A stretch of DNA of 64,000 nucleotides, taken from positions 12,400,001-12,464,000 of the forward strand of contig NC_135256.1 of the NCBI RefSeq assembly GCF_964204865.1. Reading direction: 5' to 3'. Made by a program: the position numbers and the translations under genes. The notes beneath the pieces were generated by a model. That model ran no database searches. It was not told where the DNA came from and worked only from the letters and a program-made list of their open reading frames with translations. Shown here piece by piece: positions 10,825-25,476 of this stretch (its first letter is position 1; each line of letters begins with the position of its first letter). The DNA is from Styela clava (taxonomy: Eukaryota).

Positions 10825-13800
10825 CTAGCCGTTCTTCGAGCTTTTAACACTAGCAGTCGATCCCAAATCGGTGTCTTCAATGATGCCATCTTCGTCACTT
10901 ATTCTCACTTTCTTTTCCGTGATGGGCTTGGTGGTATTTTCTAGGTATTCTGAAAATAAAACATATAAGTAAAAAAGTGCCTGTAACGTTTTTCGAGTGA
11001 TGCGTTAATTAATGAACGTTCATACAAATCATGAAATCAAGAGTGTAAAAACGGTGCTAAAAAAATAAAAATAAAGTCTGACGAAAACATTCACGACAAT
11101 GAAAGATTGTGCATTCTGGCTTGATTGAATATAAGCATTGATATTACAGACAATACTTAGTTGAAAGGTCGTAGTGAAAGGTTCAAGTCGATATCATGTT
11201 AGCGAATTACACACAATACTTTTGACTATTGTTTTTGCGTCGCATCGGAGCAAGTCTATTGCGTCTAGGCGTGACTTCTTCGTGCACATGAGCGTTGTAG
11301 TTCTGACTCGGCACGAACCAACCCAATTTATTGCATCGTAAAAGCAGTATTCAGAGCTTACTAAATAAACTAAGATGGCGGAATAAAGAACACACCGACA
11401 TGCCCGGTCTCTACAAATACAGGATGTAAACCATTTTTCTTCCAAATTACATTTACATACAGCCATACAGGGGAGCCTGGCGTTTGTGGCCCAAGGTAGA
11501 GGCTGCCAATTTTCTTATAGACTTATGTCAAATTGAGGACGAGTGGGTTATAATAATTCTCATAATCTGCCTCCACTCATTGCCACGGTCACGATGATCA
11601 CGCAAAACGTATCATGAAATAATTTCGACAACTCCGCAAATTTTAATCGCGATGATAATCCGTGGGAGCTAATTATATTATTGATCTGCCAAATATGACC
11701 CACAAGTACAAAAAACGATGTTTATGTGAGGTCGTTGCTTGATATAATGTGAAATAATATTGCAATGGATGAGGGAGTTAATTCGCTCCTCAAAGCGGTC
11801 AAACAAAACCGCATTCGCACCGATATGGACTATTTAACAAACCGTCTTTGATATCTCAACACGATATTGGCACCTCGACCTTGATAATCATGTAAAAACA
11901 ATTGTTTTAATCAGAATTACGAAATCGAGCGATTGAATTTTTAATTTTAATTCACTCAATGCAATGCGTTCGACATAATAGCGTTAAATACTCCCATGAC
12001 CAACCATACAAAATGCAGCCAATCGACGCCAAATTTATACTAAATTTCAAGATGCCCAAACAGGATGGAGTCGTAAGCACTGTTTTCAACCACCGGGAAT
12101 TGCATTGCGATTTGCTAAGTACTTCAATTCTCATGAATGCACATCAAGTACACTATTCTTAATGAGCGGAAAGGGGAACTCAATTTTGTGATATAGAAAA
12201 AATAAGCTATTAAATTTATACGTATATAATTTAATAGCAATGAAAAAGCCATGCAGTGAATTTCACACATCATTGAATCAAGCAACTTGCTAAAGATATC
12301 GCCGCAACGAATAAAATCACGATTTTAACAAGTTAGCTTGAATATAAAACAGAACTTTCTTTGCAACTACGATTTTGATGTACTTGTGCGAGATAAAATA
12401 TTTTGCAACACATCACAAGAATATAATTTTACTAGATTTTTGCTACTACATCTTTGAGTCAATTAGTAGTGTTTTTTACCAGGTTATTCTTAGTAAGCGG
12501 GTAATGAGGAAACAAACTTTTCTTAAGATTCGAATTAGGCTTATTCTTTAAGCCCATATGTTACACATTCGAGACGATGGCATCGTTTGCGTCTCTTAAC
12601 CGCCGGGAATTTAATCGCTAAGTTTTGCTTTTTCGTGTGAAGTGAAACGTTCCAAGTTTAAAATTTTTGGGCAAAATTAAGCAACTAATGCGAAACATGG
12701 AGTGAAATTTACATCCCGTATTCAAACCTAAATATTATATTAAATACAACTTGATTCAATGATAAGTTAAAACAAAAGAATGAAAAGTATTGCACATACT
12801 CACTGCTGCTGAGCCTAACTGGCACTGCAAGTGTTGGGTAAAAATTTTCGTGTTCTCTCATATGATGGCCGTTAGGTGCGGTAGCGTAGAATACAGAATC
12901 TTGACGTGGGTGTGGTCTTTGGCTGAAAAATCTGTGAGAAAAATGCAGGGTTATTTAACAGGCCTTTTCTGTTATTTCTGAATAAGCAATATTGTCTTTT
13001 GAAAGAGCAAAGCAAAACTTGTATCGGGTAAACTATTTGTTTCTTCACATATTCGACTTCTTCGCTAAATTGGCTATACAGAGGTATGTCCTGTTAGACA
13101 TATAGTTGACTGTGATCTGACGCTCCAGCATAGCGCTGCTATTGGGCTACAGTGTATGGACTAAATTGCGTAACACAAACCTTGGTCTGTGGTGTCGTCG
13201 TTTTCCAAGAATTCCTTTCAATGTCAGATAAACCAATTCAACTGCACTTAATAAGAAGCAGATTGCACTCAAGACATTCATATATCTAATGAAGATTGTC
13301 TTTTCCTGAAATTTGAAAAATGTTCAAATTCCTTCTAATTGCATTAAAGACAAAGGCAAATATAATCTGAGCATTTTTCATCCTCGAAACATAATTGGGC
13401 ACGATGGTAACTTGAAGGGTACCAATCATATCGACTCGCCAACTTTTAACAAAGAAATATCGCGAACGATAAGTAATATATTATTAGCGACCATTTACAT
13501 CCATTTTAAATCAGTATTATACTGTCCCCTCCCGAAGGAATAAAATAAAAGCTGTCCCAATAAACCTATCTGACCCGCGCTTTGTTCATAATAGAATTCC
13601 GAGGGGTTTATTCGATACATATTAGCATAAATGGCGAATAAAGTACCAATTTGTAGGAAATGAAAAGCAGACTGAGCACGCCGGGTAGCGAGTAAGAAGC
13701 GCGCGAGATCTAAAGCAAAAAATATTCGCCGATAAGAGCATCACAGACACGTTCCCCGAAAACAGAGTAAAATTTTTTTTAGGTGATTTTATTATTTCAT

Positions 13801-16800
13801 AAATATTAAATATATGGAATTAATATTACTCACCCATGGCCTGGAAACCCAGCAAGGTACATGTCCCACTCCATGACCCAAATGTTGGTTGCATGCCGCC
13901 ATGACTTCTGGATGTGGCCCAACACATTTGAACATAGCAGGTACTTTAAACCATAGGAAATCCAAAACTGCCATATCTTCGGCATATGTTGGGTCCTGAA
14001 AAATAATTTTCATATTAGAAACGATAAAATTTATATTGAACAAAATTGGAAGATGTCGGGTCAAACGTGGTGTCGGCTAGTAGGGTACACAAAACAACAT
14101 GAGCCAGCATGTGGCGTCCTGCTCATTTCATTTGCCATCAAAACGATAAGACAGTGAAAACGTTTGAGTCACAACTTCAGTAAGGAAATGCGAAAGTGTA
14201 AAACTATTTAAAGTGACCTCAGGGAATGTACAAAACAACGAAATGCGTTAATTATCCATTTGGCCGTAGATAAAACGTCCACAGCACAAAGTTAATTCCT
14301 TATGAGTCAATGGAAACGCAATACTAATCCACCCAAGCAGCGACAACTGGTATCATAGATTCATAGAATATAGACGAGATATTCAGTACCGGTACATAAA
14401 ATGTTTTTTCAGAAGTGTTTTGGAACATTTCTGAATATGTTTTCTGAATTTTGTTTCATTATTTGCCTTATTGTTGTACTTCGTCCAGAGAGATATTTCT
14501 CCATTACATTAATCACTTTGTCGCGGTCTAGCATCATTTGATTTTATCCTTGGTATTGCATTATGAATAAAAATGAACCATCTGAAATGTGATTCGAAAA
14601 TAATTGAGCCTTTATTGACAAGGTCATTTGTAATAAAGCTATCTGGCAAGTACACATACTATTGTGTATCTTATATATATTACAATGCGGTCAATACAAA
14701 TTCTATTATAATTATAACCGCAAAAATGTGCAGATCGATATAGGAAGATACGAGTGATATGCGAAGGTATTTTCACGTCAGGATTTGTATTTCATCAAAA
14801 AATTTCTGATTTAGTCTCAACTTTGACTATTATTTTCGACTGTAATAAATGATTTCACGGTGTTAAAGACAAACAAAATTGGCCGTATGAAACGGTTATA
14901 TCTGAAGCAGAATGTGAAGTCGCCCTGACATCCACCACAAATTGAACTTTCATAGCGATAAAAATTTGCGAATTATTCATCTGTTTAATTAACTGTATCA
15001 GAAAACTACCAATGATGCAGATATAAAACATTGTAATAATATTGCCTCAGAATTTTTTTTCAAAACCTATGTATGCTCCCATATGATACCGAATCGTTAT
15101 TGATCGCTTTTAATCTTTCGTTAAGGTTACAATATGAAATTAACTTATTGAATGTGTTTGCTGCTTATCCCATACTGTAATAATTATTTCGCCAGAACCA
15201 GTCATGCGAGACCGCCATGATGACATCGTTTCCTTCATAATACACGTCGTCTTGTCGTCGTCTAACCATTACGTGGTAATTATGACGTGGTATCGAATTA
15301 CGAGAAGGTTGGCGATTAGAAAAACAAAAGAATTAGTTAGTACAATACACCGCAATACGCAATCTCGAGTCTAATTTTTTTCGTCGGCAAATAGCAAACA
15401 ACTATATGATAATTAACGACGACAACTTAATGATGGAATTACAAAAATGATTCGGCACTGGGATTACGAAGCAAACCATTCATGACGATGTGTCTATGTC
15501 ACGTGACTACGCCAGTGATGACTCATAAGATTACTTGACCCACTTTTTATTGACGAACAAAGAATACTAAATACTCGTGTGGATGTGAAATCCAGGGCCG
15601 TTGAAGGATTCTTTGGTAATCTAAATATTGTAAAGCAGTAGCGCGAAAAAGGCGTTTTCCTATTATTTTTGAAATCTTACGATTGTCCAACTTAAAATTT
15701 TGATTGTTGACCATCCACTACTCAGCGGGATATCCCCTATGAGAACTCGAAACGACTCGGCTCTTATAAGCAACATTTGCTATCAACATTAATTTCACCT
15801 CCGACATGATTTTGAATTACTGTATCATTGAGTCAATTATCAAGTCAAAGTAATTTTAAATCAATTGATTAGTTATCTTAGTGATTGACAGTCTTGCAGA
15901 CTAGAAGAGATTCAGAAAGTTGAACATTACAATTCGTGCGAATAATTCGTGATTTACCAAGCCTTGTTTAACACGTGATCTTTATACGAAACGAATCACC
16001 TCTACTACGCTTTTACGCTACTTTTACGCTACTACTACTTTTGAGGTCCAATATTGAACAATAGTTAATTTGAGTTGACCAAATATGCTTCATGTTTGTT
16101 AGGTAATCGAAAGATATTACGAAATTATTTTTAGATTTTTTTAGAATAACAGTCTGAATAAGCACCAGTAATTGGCACTGACATTCCCAGTAAACCGGAA
16201 GCAGACGTGAATAGGTGTTTACTAATCTAAATCCAATGATTTCGAACGTAATAAACATTGAAATGGAACGTAATAAACATTGAAATGCAATTTAAATTAG
16301 TTGTATTAAACCATGTATATTCTCCAATTTAAGAATTGATAATATCTGTTCAAAAATTATCATTTACATCATGTAAAATCGAAGTGAAATCGCAGGTTTT
16401 CATTTTCGAAATAGTAACACCAACCATAGATTATTAAACAATTTCGCAATACTAAATTCAAAATTTTCGAAGATACATTGAATTACGCGTTTCTCCAAAG
16501 AACATGACGTATTCCATATTCAAATTTGTTTCAAAGATCATTGGTAATAGAAATTATTCATGGTCGGCCATCTCTGTCTTAACTCAAGATATCATAAGGT
16601 TGTAGCTTCGGCTACATAATAATAATTAAAATTACCGGTGATAATATTGCAACGTTGACGTTAATTTTTAAAAGACAGTTAATCACAATAATAATTTAAC
16701 GTTCTTGTGTAAGACATCGCAAACTGAATAAGTTCGTAGTTTTCAATATTTTGGCAAGTAAAACAAGGAAATGCGATCTTTTGCGTAGACAAAAATTGTG

Positions 16801-19800
16801 GTCGTTTACCACGGAATACCATTACTACATTCCAAAAAAGGCAATGATCTCACATTTGTGGAGAATAGTCAGATACATACAATGAGAAGTTTCAAATATT
16901 ACGCAATATCGTCAAATATCGCGCAATATAAATAGAGCGATAATAGCGAGTGATTGCTACTAGGATTATTTATAGTAATACATAAACTGGTAATAAGCAA
17001 AACGATGTAGTTTATGAGGTCTATACAGATATTTCATTCATTGCCCCGATTATGATTGTATTCTGTATAGACTGGCTGAATCGCTTGCTTTTTACCTACC
17101 AGTTGTGTTGATCTGGCATTGTTGATTAACAACAAAAATTGAACTTACCATGAAATGGAAGAGACCGTAAGCCAAGTAAATAAAAACTGCCTCCAGCGCT
17201 AATCGAACGATCACACTCAAATAATATGCGTAGTGGATTTTCATGGTGTATGGAATCTAGAATAAAATTAACGAAGGATTAATTCATTTCAACAACTGAG
17301 CTTGGGGATAAACTCCAACAAACGCTAACTCGCTTAACTCTTTTCGACATTTGATTGCGCAACAGGCATATTAGCACCTTAATGTCAAATCAATGCTAAC
17401 AAAGAAATATGTGTACAAAGTATAGGATATAGACGTGCACGTGAGACAAAGCTCTGGTATGTCTGAACCAATGGCCAAATTGACATACAAAATGCACGAC
17501 CCATGTCAATCGAAAATGAGGTTCGATTTTTTCACCTCTTTTAAATCTCCACCGGAATAGACTTTCTTGAGTTTGACATTTCCAATACTCTTCTTCCGCC
17601 TGGACATCTTTTTAAAATCTTTTTCCATTTTTGGATTGTCCTAAAAGAGAGTTGTGAAAATATGAAGTCAAGTTCAGGTCCTTAACTAGAACGGAACGCA
17701 TTGCATTTTACTTTTAATGGTTATCATCAATCCATGAAGTTAAACTTTTTATAATCGGCTGAATAGATGTATCTTCTAATCTACATGGATATGGAATTTT
17801 TAAATTGAACACAAGCTTAATATTCGCCGTGTGGGTAACGACTAACGAGCCGTAGTTATCGGCAAAGTGATGAACGTTTGAACTACTGTAACGGAAAAAG
17901 GTGTCTGGTGTTACATGTCATCTATAAATTTGTTTTTTTTTCAAAAAAAATAGAAATTAGTATCGAAAATTTGTCGAATACGTGGGAAATTATATAAGGC
18001 CAAATAAACTATGTCTGGTCTAATGAAGTAAATTGGAACTAAAAAATCACGAATAAGTCATTTATTATACTGTTGTCAACAGCTTTTATCCAAATTAACC
18101 GGAAGCACTAATCGATGAATAAGTTCAGGGTAATAGCTTTGAGGTTACATTGCAATCATATAATAACTTGGGAAATAAGTTATGACCATGTAGAACGATC
18201 GAATCAAGAACCTGCTGAAATCCCGGTTATTTTATTGTAAGCAATCAGGATTGACAGCGGGCTGCGTTAATCGCAGGATGCTGGTCTGACATATTATAAG
18301 ATCAAATTTATCAACCTTCGGTACACATGATAGACGAAGATTGATAGTCTGTGGCATTTTACATGACATTATTGAAACAGAATTATAGTGGCTTACTAAC
18401 AAAGGCAACACACCAGGTTTGGATCAGAAAGGCAACATTTTCATTTTCGATACTTTTCGCGGAGTCTGTGATATACAAAAAAAAAAGAGAATATTCCATA
18501 TATTTGACTTACAATTGGTTCAAGGTCACCTTCCTCCAATTTTAATGCTTCTTCCGCCTTTTTTAATTTTTCGATCTGCCCCGTGACACTCATAGAATAA
18601 AAATGGAAAAACACTGTGGGCGTCGCTACTGCCAACAACTGTAAATATATATGTGAAAATAAAGATTTGAATATGGTTTGTATATAATACTTAGCGATGA
18701 ATTAGACGGTTAACAAAATCCAATCCAAAATCCAGAACTTGGTCACACAAAAAACCCAGCCAATATATTCTTGATACTGATTAATTCGGTGATTTCATAA
18801 TCGGTCATGTGAAATACCAAAATCCGTGCCTAACGACACATTTTATAATTGTGATATAGAGGAGGGAATTAATTCGGGTGAATTCTGTAGCATTGCTAAT
18901 CGTGCAACATAGATAAAACACGCTATATTTGGACGTTCTCCCGTTTCCCGTGCTTGGCGATAATATGAATCCTTGCGTATGCGACTTCGTAATCCAGCTG
19001 ATGTAAAAAGTAGGTCATCTCGAACAATAGTCTCAGTCGGCACTTCCGCAGAGTCGCAATAGCACCCCGAACAGATTTCATAATTTTGTCGTTTCTTTAT
19101 TGTAATTGGAGACTTGATACAGGGAACAGGATGAAATATTCCCGGCTCAGTATACAACTGGATCTTATGTATACTGGTTAAAGCTAAGCGCTATTTCGTC
19201 GATACGTCATTAATGACATCATCAAAAGTTGCGTGTGTCAAACAAGTTAGGAAACGTTGAAAACAGCCCGCGACTTAATTTGAATACGATGGCAATATTG
19301 CGTCATGATTTGCAATTTGTAGTAATTTGACTCATTTCGATGTAATCAAGGACAAGGCGGTCACTGCATGAATTATTCCAAAATAACATGCTATAACTGG
19401 CATTGACATGAAATGAATGTCTGATAAGACGCACCATGCTGAAGGCGTATTGTTTGCTTGTTTACAAAGAGAAAATGCGTAACGTTCAGCAACAATCATT
19501 AATTAGGGTCAATCAGCGAGTTTTGAGCACAGCAAACATCCGAAATTAATCAGATAGGAAAATTAATCACATACAATATAAAATGGGTTGATAACAGGAT
19601 AATCCGGGAAATGTGTCAACGTGAAGAGGAGTAAACCAGTTTTACATCTGGTAACAGACAACCGACTGATGACACCCAAAGTGGCTCACTTTTGTCTCAT
19701 GAAATATAAATCATTCAACAACGAAACGGGTCTTGACTATATACTACGAAGCGAAGTTTAAAACGAGCGCAACGTGAATGTTTTGCATATACTTTCAAAC

Positions 19801-21062
19801 ACACGCGCATTGGAAGCGGTGCGAATATTCGCGACAGTCGTGCATAGCATTATTAAAAAATCACCATCCGAAAATTCGTGATCGACCACTGTTCCAGAAG
19901 ATGCATTGGACGGTGACAGCGCAAAAATAGTTATTGACTGGACAATAGCATAGCGAAATTCCATTATTTCATCATGTGGAGCATTTGTCACATTGCTGCA
20001 AATGAGGCTTTTGGACAATACATACTCAATATGCTCACCTGAAACGCCCAAAAACGTATGTGAGAAATTTTTGAAAATACATTGAAGCACATATTCGTGC
20101 AACCAATTTCTTGTGTACTGCATTTGAAGGCCGACTGTTCATCACCGTATACTGAAATTTAAAATAAGTATTATTATTATTTAAAAATCTTATTTACTAC
20201 GAATCCTGCAAACTTCAGGCCCATTGAAACTTTCTTTTCCTATCCTTCAAAAACCCTCTTAATCGGATGAAGTAGCTGAAGACCAATTGTACAACTTCGG
20301 TTTTGTATCACCGAGTACTTTTTCGCAAATTAAAATATTTCTTCTAACTCACAAAGCACTTGTCATGTATAGCGAATACATAAAATAGACATGGTTGATG
20401 TATGGGAAACATCCTCAAATGGCCATTTCGATCCAAAAGTCAATACCTATTCAAAAAGCGACGATTGCTTTGTTTACCCCACGTGTCGAATTTAAATGGA
20501 GATTTGTAACCTAGCGGGCTGCCGGAAACTTCCTAATTTCAGAAAACGCCTTTTGACTAGCGCCCTTCGAAGACGGCGGCCTCTGCTGCTCGTAAACACC
20601 CAGAGGAGTCTATAGCTCATATACAATTACACACCCAAATGTAGCCAGGTTTTTTGTACTATCTTGTAGATACCCAACCATGCCAGCTTTCTGCAAATAA
20701 TTGAAAAATAATTACCTGCTCCGCCTATCGTCACAACGACGATTAATCTGAATACAAAGACGCAAATATACCAAAGTTGACCCAGCCATGTACTATATTT
20801 CGTCACCTGAAATTCAAACATAAAATAATCAGTCCATGAGCCAACGACACACATCCGTCCAATGTATAATGGACGTATTCGGATTTTTAAATTAATCAAC
20901 TGAGACTAATGTACAGCGTTTTACTCGATGATTAACTTTGACTGGTGATTCGACTTACTTCCGCACTTACAGCCAAAATAGTCGATGTAATATAGGCTGA
21001 TTATCGTATTTAAATATTCATTCACTGACCTGTTCGGATATCTTTTCCAATAAATGCCACAT
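10825..21062 (-). CDS. Connexin (gap-junction protein) A, 10 coding exons
   Basis: Exons 21062-21030 (MWHLLEKISEQ), 20806-20716 (VTKYSTWLGQLW..FRLIVV), 20151-20039 ([31 protein letters not shown]1), 18638-18513, 17640-17536, 17256-17149 (TM3), 13995-13834 (E2, ..CWVSRPW), 13305-13181 (EKTIF..TM4), 12931-12804, 10949-10825 (TAG). All introns GT-AG and phases consistent; connexin motifs DEQ, SHIRFW and SRPxEKT present. Confidence 0.92.
16244..16287. repeat. 22-bp tandem duplication
   Basis: GAACGTAATAAACATTGAAATG twice. Confidence 0.85.
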
Positions 21063-24000
21063 TGTACGGCCGTACCTTTACTCCTGTGATTTATTCCCAG
21101 TTTGTTCAGTTTCCTCGTGCTATCGGTCGTAATGCTAGGCAAAGATTCAGCAATAACCAAATTAACTACAAACAACGCAGTATAGGATATCAAATTCTAA
21201 AACAAAGTGGATACAGTTAGGCTTATATAGTGCTCGTCTCTTATTTTCGCTGCGGTATAATCGTATAATACTGACATCACAATGATGACAATACAAAGAT
21301 AGATACAATGGTAGAAAGCAGTTACACACGCGATCATTCATAAAAAGAGCTTGGCGCGCACGAAGAACGGAGTGTGAAAACGTAGACTACTGAGTCGTGT
21401 TCTCCCAACAGCGAACGCGTCTCTCTCCCTTTCAGAGATTGTTGATCCGCCGCCTGATTACCTCCTAATAAATACGTAATTTATTGCACATTGTTATCGT
21501 AAACAAATTTACATGACGACAACCAAACAAATCTGCGCTTTGTGCAGTAATAATTTTTAGCAATTAACATTCAGAATGTTTTATGATACCCATCTGTAAT
21601 TTGCAGCGACGCCGCTTCTCGAATGTGACTTCAATTGAAAATGACCATAGCAATTTCTCTATAGCTGATTAAACTCAACTAAAATATAATCGCTGATAAG
21701 CAGGCTTCCAGTCGAAAGTACTCCCGTCTGCTCGGGAGTCTTCGTATATGTAAATGATCTGCCTTCTTCTCTCGCTCTTTTTTCGCTCGACGGGATCTCA
21801 ACTATCGCGGATTTCACTCGCAAGGCTCGAGCATATTGTCTGATAACAATAATCGGTGCTAGAATCGCCGACATCGCACGTCGCATAACGAAAGGCTGAA
21901 ACGCAAATAACGACGCACAATAGGTGAAAGTCTTTGTACGAAATTTTAACTTCCCTTCCTGATGACAAAATTTTGATACATTCACAATCAAAGTTACTGA
22001 AAGGTAATCAACCCCCATCAAATTTTTTGAAACTTGCGCCCAAATAAACCAGGGGAACACTATATTCCAGAGGCAACAAGCACAACTACCCCATTTCTGC
22101 AGAGTGCTTTTAAAAATTATCCAAAGTCGAACTGTTTTGCCCAATATCCGCGGATCCTAAAAATTATTCTGAAATATTCCACTGCGATTTTATAAAAAAT
22201 CCAAACTTAAAAAATATAACCGTTTCAACAAATTATATATACAATATAAACTTATAATAACTTTACTAGGTAACTTATGCCTAGATAAATTAAACGGTAT
22301 TTTATAATCAACATTCACATGTATATTGTCGATCAATGAAGCGCGAAATATAAATGTTTTGAGAAGTTACCAAATCTAGGAAATCACCTGATCACATGAG
22401 GTAAGAATGCGGTCGGTGTTTACCAGACCCAAAGAATCCGATAAATTATTGTCCTAGGTAATTACCCTTGTAAAGTTTGAAAATGTTACTATACAAAACG
22501 GTTCTTTCCAACATAATATAATTTTATGGCTACTGGACCATATATAACACCCAAGGGTTACTGCCAATGTCAACGAAACCATATACTTCTTAACCTCACT
22601 AGTCTGGATTTCCCCGACTTTTCCGCACTGAAGTATCGGTCTTGCTTGTTTCGAATAGAACCATAATTTCTGAAATGTACCGTATTTCTTTATTGAATTC
22701 TCGAAAAATTGCCTTTGAGCAAATGGAAGCTGAAAGTTACAATTTCAGTTGCGCGGCGATATTCCACCATAGACGGAAAGGAATCCAATATTCAAATAGG
22801 ACCTTATTTCTATCAAATATAAAAAGTAATCTGGATAAATAACGTACGCCAGTTATTGAATAAAAAAGCTTATTTTTCAACTTGTTAATATTCCAACAAA
22901 AAATTAAATTTTCCGTAAACATGGTTCCATTCGAAATCCTCTGTTTCGTTACTAATAAATCGTATGTATCTGACACAAGGCCATATTAACTGAAGCATCT
23001 ATAAATATATATGATCATAATTGCATTATGCTTCGTTTACACTTACAGCATGTACTTCCGGTTCATGAATGACAGTTACTTAGACTTAGAACATGAACTA
23101 ATGGAAAAAATAAGCCAATTTACCACAGTTTTATTATGTTAGTCAATGTAATATTTTCGCCAATACTTTTATATCTTTAAAGGTAAGTACAAACAGAATG
23201 AATACCAGGTTTAGACATCGATAGATTTGGTCTAATAAGACATGGCCAACGAGCATTCATCTAGATTAGGAAACTTTTGAAAAAATCGGGTACGATTGCT
23301 CTCCAAATATTATATTCTGTCTCCTAAATATTTTGTAAAAGTGCTTTTTGAACAATCACCTTTGATTTTTTATGTGTTGGTTTCGAGATACACAATACCG
23401 CGTATGTACACATTTGCGTGTGTCAATATCACGATTGTTATTTTAAGTACTGATAGTATATTCGTATTTCAATCCCATATGTATTAATAAGTTCTATTCG
23501 GGAAATTTTGGGTGTTCCCTTTCGTCCACTCGAAAAAGGGACAACACTATCCGAAAAATAATTTTTGGGGGAACCTATTCATATCATCTTTAAACTTTTA
23601 TATATTATTTTCTCTGTGATTACTAGAAGCAATAAATGTTTATCAACTGTTACGTTACTACTGAGCTAAATCTGGTACTTTTATAATGTGAGTACTATTA
23701 ATAGACTACAGTAAACTATATCTCTGACGCATGATGACTGAGAAATTAAAACTGTCTAATGAACATACATACCCTGGTTTATTATTCATAATATTCAATT
23801 AGGCTTAAGTACAATATACCTAAAAGAAAGACCAACATATCACAACAGTTTTGCGTAGGTTTCATCTTCTATAAAAACCTTTTGAATTTAGATGTTAATT
23901 TTTAATGTTACAAAATAAATCAACTATTAGCTTGCTGTATGCAAATTTGTTTTGAAATTTAAGATTCTTTTACTAAATTTCTTTTTTATTCAAGTTTTCC

Positions 24001-25256
24001 TGGTGAAATTTATTTCCCATTTCTCTCTGAAGTTATATCTTATATCTTTATACCTCAAACCCGTTCAAAAAAGTCTAATTTCACGAATAACCATAATAAT
24101 ATATCTCTTTTTTTACTTTTAATAAATTACTATCACCGAACAAATTGTTTTTAATAAAAACAACATGAGTATTACGCAATTCAGCTACATTATTACACTA
24201 TTGCGTTCAACTAAAGACTGAAACCGCTCATTCATTCTGACGCAACTCAGTGGACAAGCAATGGACTTTAGAGCATATTGTAGCCAAAAATGGACGGATC
24301 AATCTAATTTTAAACAAGCATGAGTCGTTTAGAAATCTAGCATATTCACTCAACTTTTCTCTGGGCCATACAGAACAGCAAATCAATTCTCATTAGCTGC
24401 GAAAGGGTAGTTTAGAAATAGTTGCACGTATGTGTCATTCATTTCTGATTGATCCGCAGTTCTTCTATATATTGTATAAATTCATATATTCATTCAAACG
24501 CTGACTTTGGGAAAATGTCGTGAGCTCCAGATATGACATTTGCATTTGTTCACATTTACACGTCACGTCTACATTCGTAACGAATAGAATTCATAAAGTG
24601 AAGTTATCGACCAGTTTAATGTATTATATATAATAAGTGAATGACCGAGAAATAAAGAATCAATCAACGCTGTTTTTTTTATCCTTTTTCTTGGAATAAT
24701 AGCACAAAAATGCATACTCCATTTTTTGGCTTGATGATCATTTTTCATCCTGATCAAGGTAAGAATAGCCAATGCAAAAAACACTAATCCAATTCTATAA
24801 AATAATCTAAATTCAAAAAAATCAGTATGGTCAATTGTTGGTTTGGCTGATTCAAAATCTTCCGAGAAGAATTTAACCAAATTCATATTTTAAAAGCGAG
24901 GCAGCCAACTTTATTGGTACTCCTTGTCTGTAAAGAGCACTTTTTTGAAAATTTCTTCAATTCAATTTAAATTGTGTTCACATTCTTTGTGAGAATACGG
25001 AAGATGTGAAAATGTCTCAGCGATTGAAACTTGAATGTACGAAAATCCGTCTTGATAATAAACTTGATTGCATAGCCTTATTAAAATGGGATTTATTCCG
25101 GAGATGACGAGATTTAGGAGCATTAGTTTAATGATCTTAACTAATTAATCTGCTGTGAATATTCGATTTTAGAACCATTCACAGAGGCGATATGAGAGGT
25201 TTGATAACAACACCCTAAAAAACATGGTACAAGTGACGACATAAATGTGGGTATTG

Positions 25257-25476
25257 GGTACTCCCGTTAGTATGTGTACCAGGTTGGGTTAGGCCATAAG
25301 CTTATTCCGATTTTCCTCATTTTAGTCATATTACGAGTTCGGGGACTGTCTGTGTAAGCCAATTGAATACCCCTTGCCCATAGTATTCAGGCACTGTACA
25401 CAACTTGATGTAAAGCGAACAAAATTAGTTATCTCCGTATTGGTACACAACACACTACACACACTTCTGGGGCGTC
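25257..25476. mobile_element. Interspersed repeat/MITE of the same family as 9946-10058
   Basis: Shares GTATGTGTACC..GGTT..GGTT (reverse complement of the 9946 loop) and the CACACACTTCTGGG terminus. Confidence 0.45.

Noticed and set aside
21659-22144. 161-aa minus-strand ORF upstream of connexin A
   Set aside because: Non-ATG start, no motifs, no splice support; probably promoter or repeat DNA.
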